Source of the DNA: Octopus vulgaris
Lineage: Eukaryota
Assembly: GCA_951406725.2 (NCBI GenBank)
Contig: OX597827.1
Coordinates: forward strand, 78,678,001 to 78,742,000
DNA length: 64,000 bases
Direction: 5' to 3'
Positions 49,640-63,790 of this stretch are shown piece by piece. The number at the start of each line of letters is the position of its first letter. Position 1 is the first letter of the stretch. The notes beneath the pieces were generated by a model. The model saw nothing but the letters and a program-made list of their open reading frames with translations. It ran no database searches and was not told the origin of the DNA. Position numbers and translations under genes: made by a program.

Positions 49640-51130
49640 CTTTCAGCTTCTGTCTAGTGTCATTGCTAACAAGTCAGAAGAGGTGGTCCTGACCCCATCT
49701 GTGATTCACTTGATTCATATCTGCCTTGTAGCAATTTTGTCCTTAGTAACACTTGATGGCCCTTTGTCTCATGACTGCTTCTCAAGCCCAGTAAGGACCA
49801 AACCCTCTGCATCCTACACCACTGGAACCATATCTTACTCATCACCTATTGTTATTATCAGCATACTTCCATCAGTTCTTCCTATTTCGCCCTCTTTTCG
49901 TCCATCTCCTCAATGTATTTCTCTGGGGGTATTGAGAGTTCCAATAAAAACACCTGCTTGGACACTTCCTGAGATCAGCACCATGTCTGGCATGAGGGAA
50001 ATTAAAGCAACAGTTTCCAGGAATTTAAACTATTTCTCCGGGGTAGCTTTCAGCTCCTGTCTAGTCTCATTGCTAACAAGTCAGAAGAGGTAGTCGTGGC
50101 TGTTACTTTTAGCTTCAGCCAGTCTTCACAAAAGTGAGGTCTTCTTCATTGGGTGGACATAATGCTTGATCCCACTACAGATGGTGTCAAGACCTGGTCA
50201 GGCTACCAAAAGTAACTTCTTGCCCAAAGCTTTTGGAAAGCTGCTAAGAATTTGATTACGGAGGCACAAAGGGCAAGCTGGTGACTCCACTAATTCCCAA
50301 GAATATCATCAACATTTTGTTCAATGTGGTACAGCTTTTCAAAGTTTAGACCATGGGACTTTGTGCCCCCCCCCCATCTTAACTGGATTTCATAGTCCCA
50401 TTCTAATGATCCTACTGGCTCACTCCTCAACAAATGCTTGCATCTCATTCGGATTAGCAAATTCTTATCATCCATGTACACTTTGCAAATTGTTGTATTG
50501 CTACCCCTTTGCAAGACATTAGGCCACCTGAGGCTCTGTGACGTTCACATCCTGTCCTGACTTCAATTTTAGCCTGAGACACTTTTTCAGGTCACAGCGC
50601 TCTCAGTATTGCAGTACCTCCTCACAATGCATCATCATTTATTCTTCCTTCAAGCTGCTGATGGGAGAGTTTTAACTTGTTATGGCCTGGCAGAATGCTG
50701 CATTCTAACTCCAAGGCAGCCTCAGCCAATTCTGCTGACCTTTCCTTCAAAGCACTTGACTGTGGCCATTGGGACTTCATAAATAGACCAAAAGGAACCA
50801 GAGAATTTAGCGAAGGATGTTGTTAAATGCAGGCCATGAACTTGTTTGGTAAGGCCGAGTTATTGTGGTTTGCTAGGTTTACAACTTTTAGTTAATCCCT
50901 CAAATGGATGCTGTATCTCTCACATTACAATCAAATATCTTTCCCAGATTCTCCACTGGTTTCTCAGTGATAGACAATGTGTGTGTGCTGCCATCTGTGA
51001 GGCAGAACTTGTTGCTGACCCACTCTTTCTTTGGTACCAAGAATGTGGGCTTTACCAGCCTGAAGCTCTCATCGGCCAAGTTGATCAGCTCTTCTAAGCC
51101 CTTCAGGATCACTTTGCCCCCAAGAAAGAT
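49640..51130 (-). mobile_element. Degenerate Hero/NeSL-like (RLE-type) non-LTR retrotransposon, rearranged
   Basis: Minus-strand motifs KVYMDD (RT), TEKPVENLGKIFD, PDMVL and GVGCRGF resemble Hero-clade EKPVKSLG, PDxVL and EVGCRGF. Confidence 0.65.
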
Positions 51131-52359
51131 GAATTATTGAAGGGAGACAGAAATGAATCCTATCATTTTTTATGGATATTACACTAATATATGTATATAT
51201 ATATATATATCACACACCCACGTACACAGATGTATACATGTATATGTTTATATAGATGTATTTATGTGTATATGCAGATATATTTATACATGTTTGTTTA
51301 TACATGCATAAGGCAAAATTCTTAGATGTGACTCCAGATATTTCTAACTCCCTCTTTTACTCCTACCACAAGTGTAACAAATCTCTGCACAGCATACATA
51401 ACCACTTCAACCACCCTAGGGACATCCTCGATCACTTTATATAATCCTTAAACCATAGTCTTGGTTTCTCCTGGTTGGTGGAGGGGTCACAAACAAGTTC
51501 ACCAAACAGCATCTACTTAGGGACCCTCTAATGCCATATGGCGATATCTGTGTGTGTGTGTGTGTGTAAGTGATGAGCTGACAAAATTATAAAAACTGTT
51601 TCACTGAGCTACAAACATCAGTTGTGTATAGAAGCATCTTGACTCAGGGATGTGATGTCATTTCAATGAAATATCACTTCATTGGTTCAGTATTAACGCA
51701 TACGGTAAAATAACCCTGGGCCCAAAAACACTAGTGTGGATCTGTGGTTGGAAAATAATCAGTCCAATACCTTTGGAAAGTTTATTTGCCTTGAGGATTA
51801 TATATAAGCATTTCATTGTGCTGGCTTCTGATATGAGAGTGAAGAAATTACGGTGAGGGATCACCAAGGAAAAGGCTTTGGTGTAAAGGGATGAACTGCC
51901 AAAGAGATAAGGTGATGTAAGATCTGAATGAAAATGTTCTTCCAGTTTATTACCTTGTGAGTTCAAATTCCACCAGGGTCGACTTTGCCTTTCATCCTTT
52001 TGGGGTCGATAAAATAAGTGCCACTCAAATGGTCCTTGAATGAGGTTTGTTTAAGGATGATGAACAAAACACCCATGTTTCCAGAGGTGAATTATTCAAA
52101 CCCCAAAGAATCCCTCTCAACACATGGCTATGATGCTCCCCAACTACTTCTGCTCATGATCAGAGATGCACATATCGTCAGCCACTAAGGGACATGTTCA
52201 ACTGGTTATGGCCAAACAACTGACAACTAGTATTGAGCAGAATATTTGCTGTAGGCCATCTTTTATATATACCAAGGCAAAACAATGTACATGATAACAC
52301 TTCCAATCAGTTAAGATTAGAAGCCATGAGAGCCACTGCACTGTATCAGGGCATTTATT

Positions 52360-52562
52360 TTTATTATTATTATTATCATCATCATCATCATCATTATCAT
52401 TATTATTATTATTAGCATTATTATTATTATTATTTTTATTATTATCATCATCATCATTATCATTATTATTATTATTATTGTTATTGTTATTATTATTATT
52501 ATTTATTATTATTATTATCATCATCATCATCATTATCATTATTATTATCATTATTATTATTA

Positions 52563-52600
<38 letters not shown>

Positions 52601-52658
52601 GTTATTATTATCATCATCATCATCATCATTATCATTATTATTAGCATTATTATTGTTA

Positions 52659-52695
<37 letters not shown>

Positions 52696-52700
52696 TTAGT
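52360..52700. repeat. (ATT/ATC)n trinucleotide microsatellite
   Basis: Direct reading. Confidence 0.97.
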
Positions 52701-53181
52701 ACTTATTATATAGTATTTATTGTTATTCTTAATATTTTGCCCATCACTATGTTCTGAGTTTGAATTCCGCCAAGGTCAGCTTTGCCTTTCATCTTTTCAG
52801 GGTCAATAAAATAAGTACCAGTCATGTACTGGGGGTCGATGTAATCAACTCATCCCCTCCCCCCAAAATTGCTGCCCTTGTGGCAAAATATGAAACCATT
52901 ATTATTATTTACATTTTCCTTTCCCTATATTTCAGATGTTCAGTTTCTTCGGCCACATTACTCAAGTTTGTTTCTTCGTTGCTCTACCGACTACTAAAGC
53001 AGTTTCCACAGCAAGTGCATCAGTTTGATTGAAGCCTATGTAACACAGTTATTGCCATCAGAACCCACTGGTTACGTCCTTACAGCCCTTGAAGCTCGAT
53101 TGGAAACCCCTGCACAGACTTCCCAAACTCAGAGTAACGTGTAAAGGACTGTATGCTGTTCAGAGTATGTTCTAGGCTAAC

Positions 53182-53559
53182 ATGGAGAGGTCTACACCAC
53201 ATATAGCCAGAACCCACGTTCCTGAGAAACGGATGCCGAATGAAATGTGTTCAATTCCCGTTCCATCTCAGAGAATTCTGAATCATGTCGACAGCAAGTT
53301 CTACCATCCAGATTTGTACAGCTTCCAAAGTGCGCAGCGGCTGCCCCACGTCGGGGAGACCGTCTTCCCAACAGACGTCTACCTGAAGCAACTGGCACAG
53401 CCGTATTTTGTCACTGCTCTGCCGACCGCTGTTGCTGTTGCGGTCAATTCGGACAAGTCATACCAGGAAAACATCAAACAAAGTTCAAGCCTTCAACTCC
53501 AGCAACAACAACAACAACAGGAACAACAACAGCAACAACAACCACAGCAGCAGCAGCAA

Positions 53560-53591
<32 letters not shown>

Positions 53592-53617
53592 ACAACAGCA
53601 GCAGCAGCAACAGCATC

Positions 53618-53651
<34 letters not shown>

Positions 53652-54618
53652 ACAACAACAGCAGCAGCAACAGCAGCAAACACAATCGCAGTCATTAAGT
53701 AAGAACTTAAAGCATTCATCTGACTCCCACGTTTCATCTCAGTCAACCTCAATGCCGTCAAAAGAGAAACCCATCTACCAGTCAAACTCCTCAAAGGATA
53801 ATCAACCCAGCACTGCTTCAACAGACGAAGATACCTCACCTAAAGGACTAAAACAGAGCTACTGTGAATATTGCGGTAAATATTTTGCCCAGGAATATGT
53901 TTTGCAAATGCATCGACGCACACACACTGGAGAAAGACCCTACCAGTGTGAATTTTGTCTGAAGCAGTTTGCTCGTAGGGACACGCTGCAAGTTCACAGG
54001 CGGACCCACACCGGGGAGAAGCCGTATCAGTGTGACGTGTGCTTTCAGTACTTTGCTCAGAGGGATTACCTGGTCGTTCACAAACGATCCCACACAGGAG
54101 AGAAACCGTTCCAGTGTGACTTTTGCATCCAGAAGTTTGCTCGGAGGGACACACTGCAGATCCACCGGAGAATTCACACAGGGGAGAAGCCATTCCAATG
54201 TGACGTGTGTCTGAAGCAGTTTGCGCAGAGAGACAAGCTACACACTCACCAGAGAACACACAACCGCAAAAAGAAGTTCCACTGTGACATCTGCCTGAAG
54301 CAGTTTGCTCATAGAGACTATTTACAGATCCATCGCAGGTCTCACACCGGAGAGAAGCCATTTCAGTGTGATTTCTGCATCCAGAAGTTCTCTCGCAAGG
54401 ACACCTTGCAAATCCATCGACGGATCCACACAGGAGAGAAGCCGTTCCATTGTGACGTCTGTGGCAAGAGGTTCGCTCAGACGGACAAGCTGCGCCGCCA
54501 TAAACGCACACATCCAGAGTTCAATGCCACTGACCCATCCAAATCCTACCAAAATGCTAACAACAGCAACAACAACAATTACAACAGTAAGCTGTTACCT
54601 ACTTCTAACATGATGTCA
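53182..54618 (+). CDS. C2H2 zinc-finger protein, main coding exon (polyQ/polyH tract, 8 fingers)
   Basis: ORF 53182-54657 with TGEKP linkers. Acceptor ttccctatatttcAG at 52935. Phase-0 donor TCA|GTAAGT at 54619 suggests the last 12 ORF codons are intronic. Confidence 0.93.
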
Positions 54619-54958
54619 GTAAGTACTTGTATTGTCACTTTGTTGTCTCTTTGTTAGTCTACCAATGACCCCGCCCCCTTCCACTAGTTTCTTCTTTAGC
54701 CATTTTCACACCAACTTACCTGAGATCACCTTTGGTCTTAACAAATTCCACTGTTAAAGTGATCTAAATTACATCATCATCATCATCATTTGACGTCCGC
54801 TTTCCATGCTAGCATGGGTTGGACGATATTTGTTTAAGCCACAATATGGCATATCCTAACCCAGAGTATGTCAACATGGCAAGTAAGAGGCATCAACTAT
54901 CTCAGCTCAGTTGTGACCACTCAATGAAACTGAAATATAGCAAACTCACAAATCAATA

Positions 54959-55027
<69 letters not shown>

Positions 55028-57099
55028 AGTAAATATGACAATATTGCCGACAAAGACATTAACGATTGGAACAAAGACATTAACGAGTCGCTGTTCCCCG
55101 CTCCCCCCAACAGGGGGTAACAATATTTACAAAATGTGGGGCAGTGAGCCGGCAGAAGCGCTAACACATCAAGCAAAATGCTTAGGCGGCATTTCATGTG
55201 TCTTTATGTTCTGAGTTCAGATTTCACTGAGGTCAGCCCTGCCTTTCATCCTTCCGGGGTCAATAAAACAAGTACCAGTTGAACACTGGGGTCAGTGTAA
55301 TCAACTTAGCCCAGCCCTGAAATTGCTGGCCTTGTGCCAGAATTTGAAACGAATATTTACTAAATGTTGGTCTGTGTCTCCTTTTATGTTTACTGGTAAT
55401 TATTGTTTACCATATATTCCAGTAATTAATAAATATCATTTAATATGCACAATATCTAAATATGAGCTACAAATAGTTTCATGCTGTGGAAACACAATAA
55501 TTCAGCAGATTTATATATCATTGCCTTGTGTCTCCCAGCAATCCTTCTGGATTGAATACACACTATGGCTGGACTGGCTTGAAACTGTTGGTAGCTCAAA
55601 TTTAAATAATTTGTACATTAAATGATATTTATCTTTCATTGGATGGAGCCCCTTTTTTTGTTGATCCTACTAATAATGGAATGGTAGACAATTCCAATAA
55701 TTGTATTTAAGGGCTACTTATGATCTACCTCTGTATCCTGGGTAAGACTTTAAACTGCATCTGATTGTGAGATCTTGATATGGAACTTACAGGGTTTTGA
55801 GGAGTGTGACACCACCTCTTAACCATTATTGTTCTCAGGTGTCTACCCTGACCCAGAGTGCTAGCACTTGTTAGGAGTTAACGAGCATGTGTACAACCAG
55901 GTTCAAACCCAGGCCACATCTCCTCCAATTATCGGTAGTGGCTCGGTCAGCAAATCTTCTTAGATGGTTGACAATCGACAGCAAGATGAGCTGTTGTGTA
56001 TCACACTGTCCCAAAGTGTGATTTGGGGCCCAAATGGGAACTTGTATTCACACTGAAACTCCAAGCATGAATCCCTCACCTCAACAACGAATGACAACCT
56101 TGGTCATGGCATCTGCACTGTCCAATGCATTTGCTCTTCCAATGGGGCATTTGTCAAATTTGCAAGCTGGACTTTTGGGCCACAGGCAGAAGCATTACTT
56201 TACTAGAATGTTAGAGCCAACTGTCAGATGTGGCCAGCATTCATGAAGGACAGAGTGAACTCGTTGGTCAGAGCCAGCTCAACCCACCCCAGGCAAATGC
56301 CACTGCAAATACAAGTAATAATAATGTATTAATGCTGATTATTTTTTATTTCTTTACTGCCCACAAAAGGGGCTAAACATAGAGGGGACAAACAAGGACA
56401 GACAGACGGATTAAGTCGATTATATCGACCCCAGTGCATAACTGGTACTTTATTTATCGACCCCAAAAGGATGAAAGACAAAGTGGACCTCGGCAGAATT
56501 TGAACTCAGAACGTAGCTGCAGACGAAATACCGCTTAGCATTTCGCCCAGCGTGCTAATGATTCTGCCAGCTCGCCGATTTACTGATTATTTCTGTCTGT
56601 CACTGTCTCTCACCTCATAACTCTACATCCAGCCATTCCTTTCTGAAGTTAATGTTTCAAATGTTTTGCTCTCCCCATGATTTCACAAATTAACGAAGGC
56701 ACATCCGTATGATCACTCAGCGTACTAGAAATAGCTGCTAAATCACCTCCAAATTACATCCTGCCAAATTAAAGAACAAAGAACACTTTAAAATAATATA
56801 GTCCCAGTTATACTTTGTTTGTGAAAAGCCTAAACTCGTGTAGTCATGCCTTGAATGCCTTTTGTCACATGACTTGTTGTTTACTATATTTGGTCAATGT
56901 TGTTCAGTGTTCGGTGTTGTGCTCACCTCCATAATCCAACCTTTCCTTACCATATATGGCAGTAGTTTGTTTCTATAGTGACTGGGTATGTTTATGTTGT
57001 GACTGTGTATTTGTTTACCATCAACTTTTACTTTTCTCTGTTTAGGATGCTAAACAACAACATCAACAACAACACTGTACAGAAGATGTCTATCTAAGT

Positions 57100-57268
57100 C
57101 AGTGGTTCCCAACCTTTTTAATATCGGGGCCAAATCCCAAATGTCGATTTTTTAGGGGGCCACATCGAAAAACACAAATCAATTGGAAAAAAGTTTATTA
57201 TATTTCCAGAGAAAAGAATGTCAAGGGTTGCTGGGAGGGTACTTGAGATCCAGGGTTGAGAACCTTTG
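57100..57268. mobile_element. hAT-type MITE
   Basis: cagtggttcccaacc / ggttgagaacctttg TIRs; TSD atctaagt (57092-57099) / atctaagg (57269-57276). Confidence 0.75.
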
Positions 57269-57526
57269 ATCTAAGGAGTTAATCTCATCAATTATTTACA
57301 TCCCTGGTTGATCCATCACTTTTTTAATCCTCCTTAATCCCTTCCTGACCAACCCTTTCTTGCTGTTTATAAGGGTGGGAGAGTGAAGAGAATTTTCTGA
57401 GAACTGAAGGGTTTGTTTTTTTTTGTAATTTATTGATTGTTAGGTCCAAATACTTGATGTGATGGAAGGTCCTCACTAAAAGCAAGTTTGGAACATAAAT
57501 TCTTGATGTGAAGAAGGTGGTGAGTG

Positions 57527-57617
57527 GTGGGCAGACAGGTGGGGAGATGATTTGAAGGGTGGGCGGACAGATGAGAAGATGATTTGAGGGGTGGGCGGAC
57601 AGGTGGGGAGATGATTT
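57527..57617. repeat. 32-bp G-rich tandem repeat, ~3 units
   Basis: gtgggcggacaggtggggagatgatttgaggg units at 57527, 57559, 57591. Confidence 0.85.
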
Positions 57618-58937
57618 TTGTTGCCTCTCAGAAATCTAACAGGTCACACAGCAGTATGGAGCTGAACCTGGACTTGGCAACCCACCATCGTGTTGTGAAA
57701 TGATGGGACATGAATTTAGTCCACTTTGACAGGAATTTAGATTATAAAGTCCTGCAAGGTAGTCTGTGGACACTATTAATGTTCTTCACAGATGGATTAG
57801 TAAGACAGCTGCCGCCACCACCATCACACTACAACCACTATCACTACCATCACCACCACCACCACCACCACCACCACTGAATTTTAGATTTTTTTGTTAA
57901 CTGCAATATTTACAGTAAAACCTTTTGTTTTAATGGTTTGCTGTGCAGAAAAAGGGACTTCAGGGCTTTCACAAATCCTTGAAAGATTTCCCCCACACTG
58001 GTGAGATCAATGAATAGTTGTAAGTTGATTGCTGTAAGGAAACCAAAGCCAGGGATAAAATTCCAGAGGGATTTCAGTCTAGGGAGCAAGGATTAGAAGG
58101 TAATGGTTAGGGAGCCAGAAGGGCCAATATGGTCTCTATTTTCAGTCATGCTGTATTATTGAAATATTTTCCTGTAATATTTATTGTTTTGGATGTGGTT
58201 TTCTTTGGTGTTTTTTTTTTCTCTCTGTCATGATTTTGTTGTTAAAATTGTGAAATTGTGGAAGACTTTGATGTGATTGTTGTGGAATATATTGACAATT
58301 ATGTTTTACATTGAATAATAGATGTGTTTTATAGAATTGTGCAAGTACATCCAGGACTACAACTGTTCCATGGGTTGAGGACATCTTGTATGTGTGTGCT
58401 TATATTTGCAAATTTATATGTTTATACATACTATATGTATGATGCCTTTGTGGAGGCGCAATGGCCCAGTGGATAGGGCAGTGGACTCGTGGGCATAGGA
58501 TTGCGGTTTCGATTCCCAGACCGGGCGTTGTGAGTGTTTACTGAGCAAAAACACCTAAAGCTCCACGAGGCTCCAGCAGGGGTTGGTGGTGATCCCTGCT
58601 GTACTCTTTCACCACAACTTTCTCTCACTCTTACTTCCTGTTTCTGTTGTACTTGTATTTCAAAGGGCCGGCCTTGCCACTCTCTCTGTCACGCTGAATA
58701 TCCCCGAGAACTACGTTAAGGGTACACGTGTCTGTGGAGTGCTCAGCCACTTACACGTTAATTTCACGAGCAGGTTGTTCCGTTGATTCGGATCAACCGG
58801 AACCCTCGTTGTTGTAACCGACGGAGTGCTTCCATGATGCCTTTACATACTATGTGTGATGTACACACAGAGACACAATCATATATATCCACACACACAC
58901 ATACACTTCACACATATATACATTCACACACATATAT

Positions 58938-59870
58938 ATACAAGGTGTCCCAAAAAATTTATACATACGGTGAATGATTATAAAGTCAGTGTTTATTAAA
59001 ATATGTTTCATTTTTAAAATTTGATAGAACTTACAGACTGAATTTAATTTTTTATGCCTGTCTATTTTGAAGCTGATGACCATTCTGGTGATGGCACCAC
59101 TGACAGCACAAAGTAATTTAATTGCTAATGTCAAAAACCATTTTGTTTGGTATTTTGATATTTGGGTACATTTTCATTCAACTCCTGCCCTCAGGTCATT
59201 GACTGTTGCCATTTTTGTACTGTAATATTTACATGTATCCCCATAAGAATATGAAGGATATTCTAGTGATTCTCTTCGTCCAATCCACCTGTTTGGTAAA
59301 ATCTCATCAAGGTAGGCCCTTACTATGGTAGTGTGGGTGTGCCCCTCCTTGCTGGAAATAAAACTCCTCATCTTCAAAATCTTCTTGAAAAACTTAGCAT
59401 GACAGATTGTCACGTGTTCAAGTAAATGGGACCATACCATAGGAAAAGAATGATCTAATTCACCCTTCTGATGATAAGCTATACTATACTGTAACTGCTG
59501 CTTAATTAACTCGATGTTCTTCTATAATATGTGGAGACTCGTTTCAATTAATTAGCTCAATCATCTGTCACTGGGTGCATCTGTGACAGATGATTGACTT
59601 ATTTGAATGTAGCCTCATCACTCCAAACAACCTTTGTTGGAAGGTGTGCATCTTTTATACACTTTGCCAATTACAACTTGCAAAACTCCACTTTTTTTCT
59701 GGATCATCTTCATTAAGATCATGGACCGTTCTTGGAAACTAATTTTTCCAACGACTCTGCATTAAAATGCAATGGAGGCTTCATTTTGAGATTCCTGTTT
59801 CACAACTCACAAATTTTGTTGAACTTTGGCAATTTGTTTCTTGCTTTGTGGAGCTTGTTGATATCTTATT
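58938..59870 (-). mobile_element. Degenerate Tc1/mariner-superfamily transposon
   Basis: TA-caaggtgtcccaaaa TIR-like end; HTTIVRAYLDEILPNRWIGRRESLEYPSYS resembles H..VRxxLxxxFPxRWIGR..WPPRSPDL. Confidence 0.75.
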
Positions 59871-60076
59871 TCTTTACTGCCCACAAGGGGCTAAACATAG
59901 ACATGCTGGAGCACCACCTTTAGTCAACAAATCAACCCCAGGACTTATTCTTTGTAAGCCTAGTACTTACTCTATCGGCCTCTTTTGCAGAACCACTAAG
60001 TTACAGGGATGTAAACACACCAGCATCGGTTGTCAAGCGAAGTTTGGTGGGGACAAACACAGACACACACACATAC

Positions 60077-60128
<52 letters not shown>

Positions 60129-60719
60129 ATATGACGGGTTTCTTTCAGTCTATCAAATCCATCCATAAGGCTTTGGTCAGCCAAATGCTACAGTAGAAGA
60201 CACTTGCCCAAGGTACCATGCAGTGGGACTGAACCTAGAACCATGTGATTGTGAAGCAAGCTTCTTACCACACAGCCATGCCTGTGCCTGAACCAATTTC
60301 AAATATTTCAACAACAATTTTCTTAATCCTATAATCTCATTTATCCCTGATTTGTTCCCCATTAATCTTGGATAACAGACTGAACTCAATTGTGGACCAT
60401 ATTAGACTTATTATGAATTGATCTGTAATAAACATGAACCAGCAATCGGTTAAAGATTCTTCTTGTCTGTCACAAAATGTGCCTCAGCGACCCCTCACAA
60501 TGCACAGCTATCCAGAATGCACTCCTTGTTGCTTATGTTTGTGTTGCAAGGCTGAATATTTTTTTTATTCAGATTTATGTACTGAAACTCATCAATATGG
60601 GACCAGAGAACAGAAAAAACATGAAGGTGTGGTGGAAGCTTTGCTGCTGTGGGCCATGAGTTCGGGTGCCACAGAGGTGGTTTGATTATCACTGATTTTT
60701 TAATCACTATGTTTTTCCA

Positions 60720-61055
60720 TTATTTACATTTGACAGATATTTGTCCTCATCTTGTTTGTTCTTAACACAACATTTCGGCTGATATACACCTCCAGCCTTC
60801 TTCAGGTGTCTTGGGGAGATTTCGAACCTGGGTTCTCATTCCTGAGGTATTTTTCTATGTTATTATTATTATTATTATTGTTCAGGTCACTGCTTGGAAT
60901 CAAACTCGGAATCTTGGGGTTAGTAGCCTGCGCTCTTAACCACTACGCCATATGCCCACGGGCATATGGCATAGTGATTTAGATGAGGACAAATATCCAT
61001 TGAATGTAAATAATATAAATAATGTACATAATTCCTCATCTTAAATATAGAACTG
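60720..61055 (-). mobile_element. tRNA-headed element with Penelope-type hammerhead tail (same family as 5891-6380), with a short inverted duplication
   Basis: Minus strand: gggcatatggcgtagtggttaagagcgc..gagtttgattcc head (60957-60883), (AAT)n, then tail with hammerhead 60764-60810; inverted head and tail fragments at 60960-61055. Confidence 0.8.
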
Positions 61056-61197
61056 CAATATGTTTTTGTTTTGATTTTTGTAAGCCAGGCCCCCTGTGAT
61101 GAACACTGGTAGATGTACTGCTCTGAGTTTCTTTATAATGAATCAATTATGTTAAGTTTGAAACTAATAATGTTTCCTTTTTCTTGAATTCCAACAG

Positions 61198-61317
61198 AAA
61201 CTTCCATGTTCCAAACCCAGTGGTAACCTGTCACAGATGAATAATACATGTTGGATGCAAAACCAGGAACAACGAGTCAATGAAACAAGTTCTTCTGTTT
61301 TACAGTTTTGGCAATGA
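61198..61317 (+). CDS. Probable terminal coding exon of the plus-strand ZNF gene (KLPCSKPSGNLSQMNNTCWMQNQEQRVNETSSSVLQFWQ*)
   Basis: Branch-like actaat, pyrimidine tract, caacAG at 61197; open in phase 0, matching donor 54619; AATAAA at ~61713 and ~62182. Confidence 0.55.
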   Translation, partial: KLPCSKPSGNLSQMNNTCWMQNQEQRVNETSSSVLQFWQ

Positions 61318-62248
61318 AAGAAAGGAACCTACTTCTTTCAGGCAATGATAGGCAGTTCCTTCTGTCTTATGCACTGGACCAAAAAAGAAAAAAAAAAAAT
61401 ACCGTTTTTAATCCCCTACTTGAACATAATAATATCAAACCTCAGCAACTCTGATACCAAGAGAATCAACCATGTTTTTCAAAGCTAACTCATATATCAA
61501 ACTATTTTATTCCAGCCAACATAGAAAATATAGTTATTAAAACAAACTGTTCAAGATGATGTTGATGACGATGATGATGATAATGATGGTGGTGATGGAA
61601 TGTGTCTATGCAACACAGCACTGGCCTTCATATCTGGAACGATGGAGATTTATGGCCAGAAACTCCTCTCAAGGAATGGTCATCTCAAACTTTCCATCCT
61701 GCTTCAAATTTCAATAAAAGTTAAATTAAATGCTGCCTGTCTTATAATTATTAGCTGAACCCATGGGAATTCCATGATCGTTGACGTCTGAGACTCTTGA
61801 GACATAATGTCTTTGACAATGATTATTCTGGAGTTCTTTTAACTCCTTCTCTCATTCTAGTGTAAATAATACTCAATACATTCTCTTTCATTTCATATTT
61901 ACTCCTTCTCTGCTGCTGCCGCTGCTCCCTCTCCTCATTTTTGTGACTCTCCCCCCCTCTGCTTTTCTCATACTTCTTACCTATAGCCTCGTCTCCTTCT
62001 CTCTCTCTCTCTCTCTCTCTCTCTTCTTTGCTCACATCATCTGTCGCTGTCCATATTTTATGAAATCAAAAAAAAAAAAGATGTAAACCGTTCAGTCTTC
62101 ATTGTTTTGCAGATGAGAGTTGTTTGCGCCACGGTGCAGCAGACACGAAATCATTGAAGATTTAAAAAAAAAAATTAGTTCAATAAAAATAAAAAGAAAA
62201 CCTAGTTTTTTTACTGTTGTCTCTTTTACTACTACTACTACTACTACT

Positions 62249-62295
<47 letters not shown>

Positions 62296-63579
62296 GTCCG
62301 TTAACCAACAGTTCTACCTGTAACCCTACTCCATCCCTTTAACAACTACCACAGGCCTCAGTATTTCGTGTGTGTGTGTGTGTGTACAGTGTTCCTTATT
62401 TTTACCCCTCTCTCATCATTAACCACCTCCTCCCTCCATTAAACAATTCTTACTTTCCCCCCCTCTTTACCTCTCACTTCACTCACTGTAAGTCCCCTTC
62501 CTTCAGCTGAGAGCTTTTAAGAGTTTCACAAACGTAGGTAGATACAAACATTAATATTATTGAATCACACTGATAAAATCTGGTTTGTTTTCTATTCTAC
62601 TTTTTGGTGGCTTTTATGAATTGCCTTTTGTCCTGCCTTTTGCCCTGCCTCATAATTATTAAATTACACAGACAATCTGTTTTATGTTTTACCTAACAGT
62701 CAAAAGCACTCGAGCTGTGACCATCTGTCTTTTTATATTTTATTCTGCTTCAGGTTTTAATGCATGTTTTACCTTAGTTTCCATCTTCCTGTTCTGCCTT
62801 ATGCTGTTTGTTCTTATGTTCTGCCTTACACCCTTTTATGATTGATCAACAATGAGTGCTTTTCTTGCAAATTTTCCTGCAGTGCGTCCAATTGAAGACA
62901 CGACTTCTCTGCATTAATTGCAGAATGAGATCACCACGGCAGCGGCATTTTTCTAGAGAATAAAGGTCGAGCATCTTCAGCCTTTCTTCATAAGACAAAT
63001 TATTGTTTGCAGCATACAATAATTATGAAATGCTATTTATAATTGCTTATGTGAATCGTAATTTGTACATGAACACGCATTATTTTTCTTCCCTCTGAAT
63101 CAATAGCTGTTTACCTTACAATATCTCTCTTGAAATTTGTTAAGACATTGATATCTTATGAGAATTACTATTCTTTGCCGCTGAAGCTACTACCACAAAT
63201 GCATGAAGGATCATGGCCTTGTGGTTAGGCTGTTGCAGTAATGATTACTAGATTGTGGGTTCAATCCCCAGATTGGGCAGCACATTGTGTTCTAGAGCAA
63301 AAAACTTCATTTTACATTGGTCTAGTCCCTCTCTTGATCAGGGGGGAATGTTGATCCATTTGCCTAGCCAGCGGAGAGTTGTCATTCGAAGGAAAAGCGC
63401 ATTGTGACCAGTGATGTGTAACAACATCTGGTAGTCTGGTCAGTCACATGATCATATGAGTATCAAAGTAACCTCAAAATGATTATGTCAAAAGTATAAC
63501 AATTCTCTTTCCAGCCTAATGTATATGTATACACACACACACATATGTATGTATGTATGTATGTATGTATATATGTATA

Positions 63580-63616
<37 letters not shown>

Positions 63617-63620
<4 letters not shown>

Positions 63621-63790
63621 GGAATTTACAAAAAAACAAAAGACGAAGACAGGTGTGTAGACAACAAACAGGTGTATTAGTCTAATGCTTGGGAAGGTGA
63701 AAAAGTCCTTTATGTTTCGAGCCTATGCTCTTCAACAGAAGGGAGCACGAGAAAATAAACAGAGGATAAAAAATGCTTTAGTGGCTAGCA
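63617..63790 (-). mobile_element. PLE-like pseudo-LTR fragment with a variant hammerhead-like motif (63707-63742)
   Basis: cctt-CTGTTGA-a-gagc atag gctc-GAAA-c at a-aagg on the minus strand, adjacent to (TA)n. Confidence 0.5.

Noticed and set aside
49641-50091. ~45-bp direct repeat (ctttcagct.ctgtctagt.tcattgctaacaagtcagaagaggt) as LTRs
   Set aside because: Lies within a rearranged non-LTR remnant; no TG..CA ends, PBS or PPT
60883-60957. Functional tRNA gene
   Set aside because: Acceptor stem does not pair properly, anticodon ACT is atypical, and it is joined to a repeat tail; it is a SINE-type head
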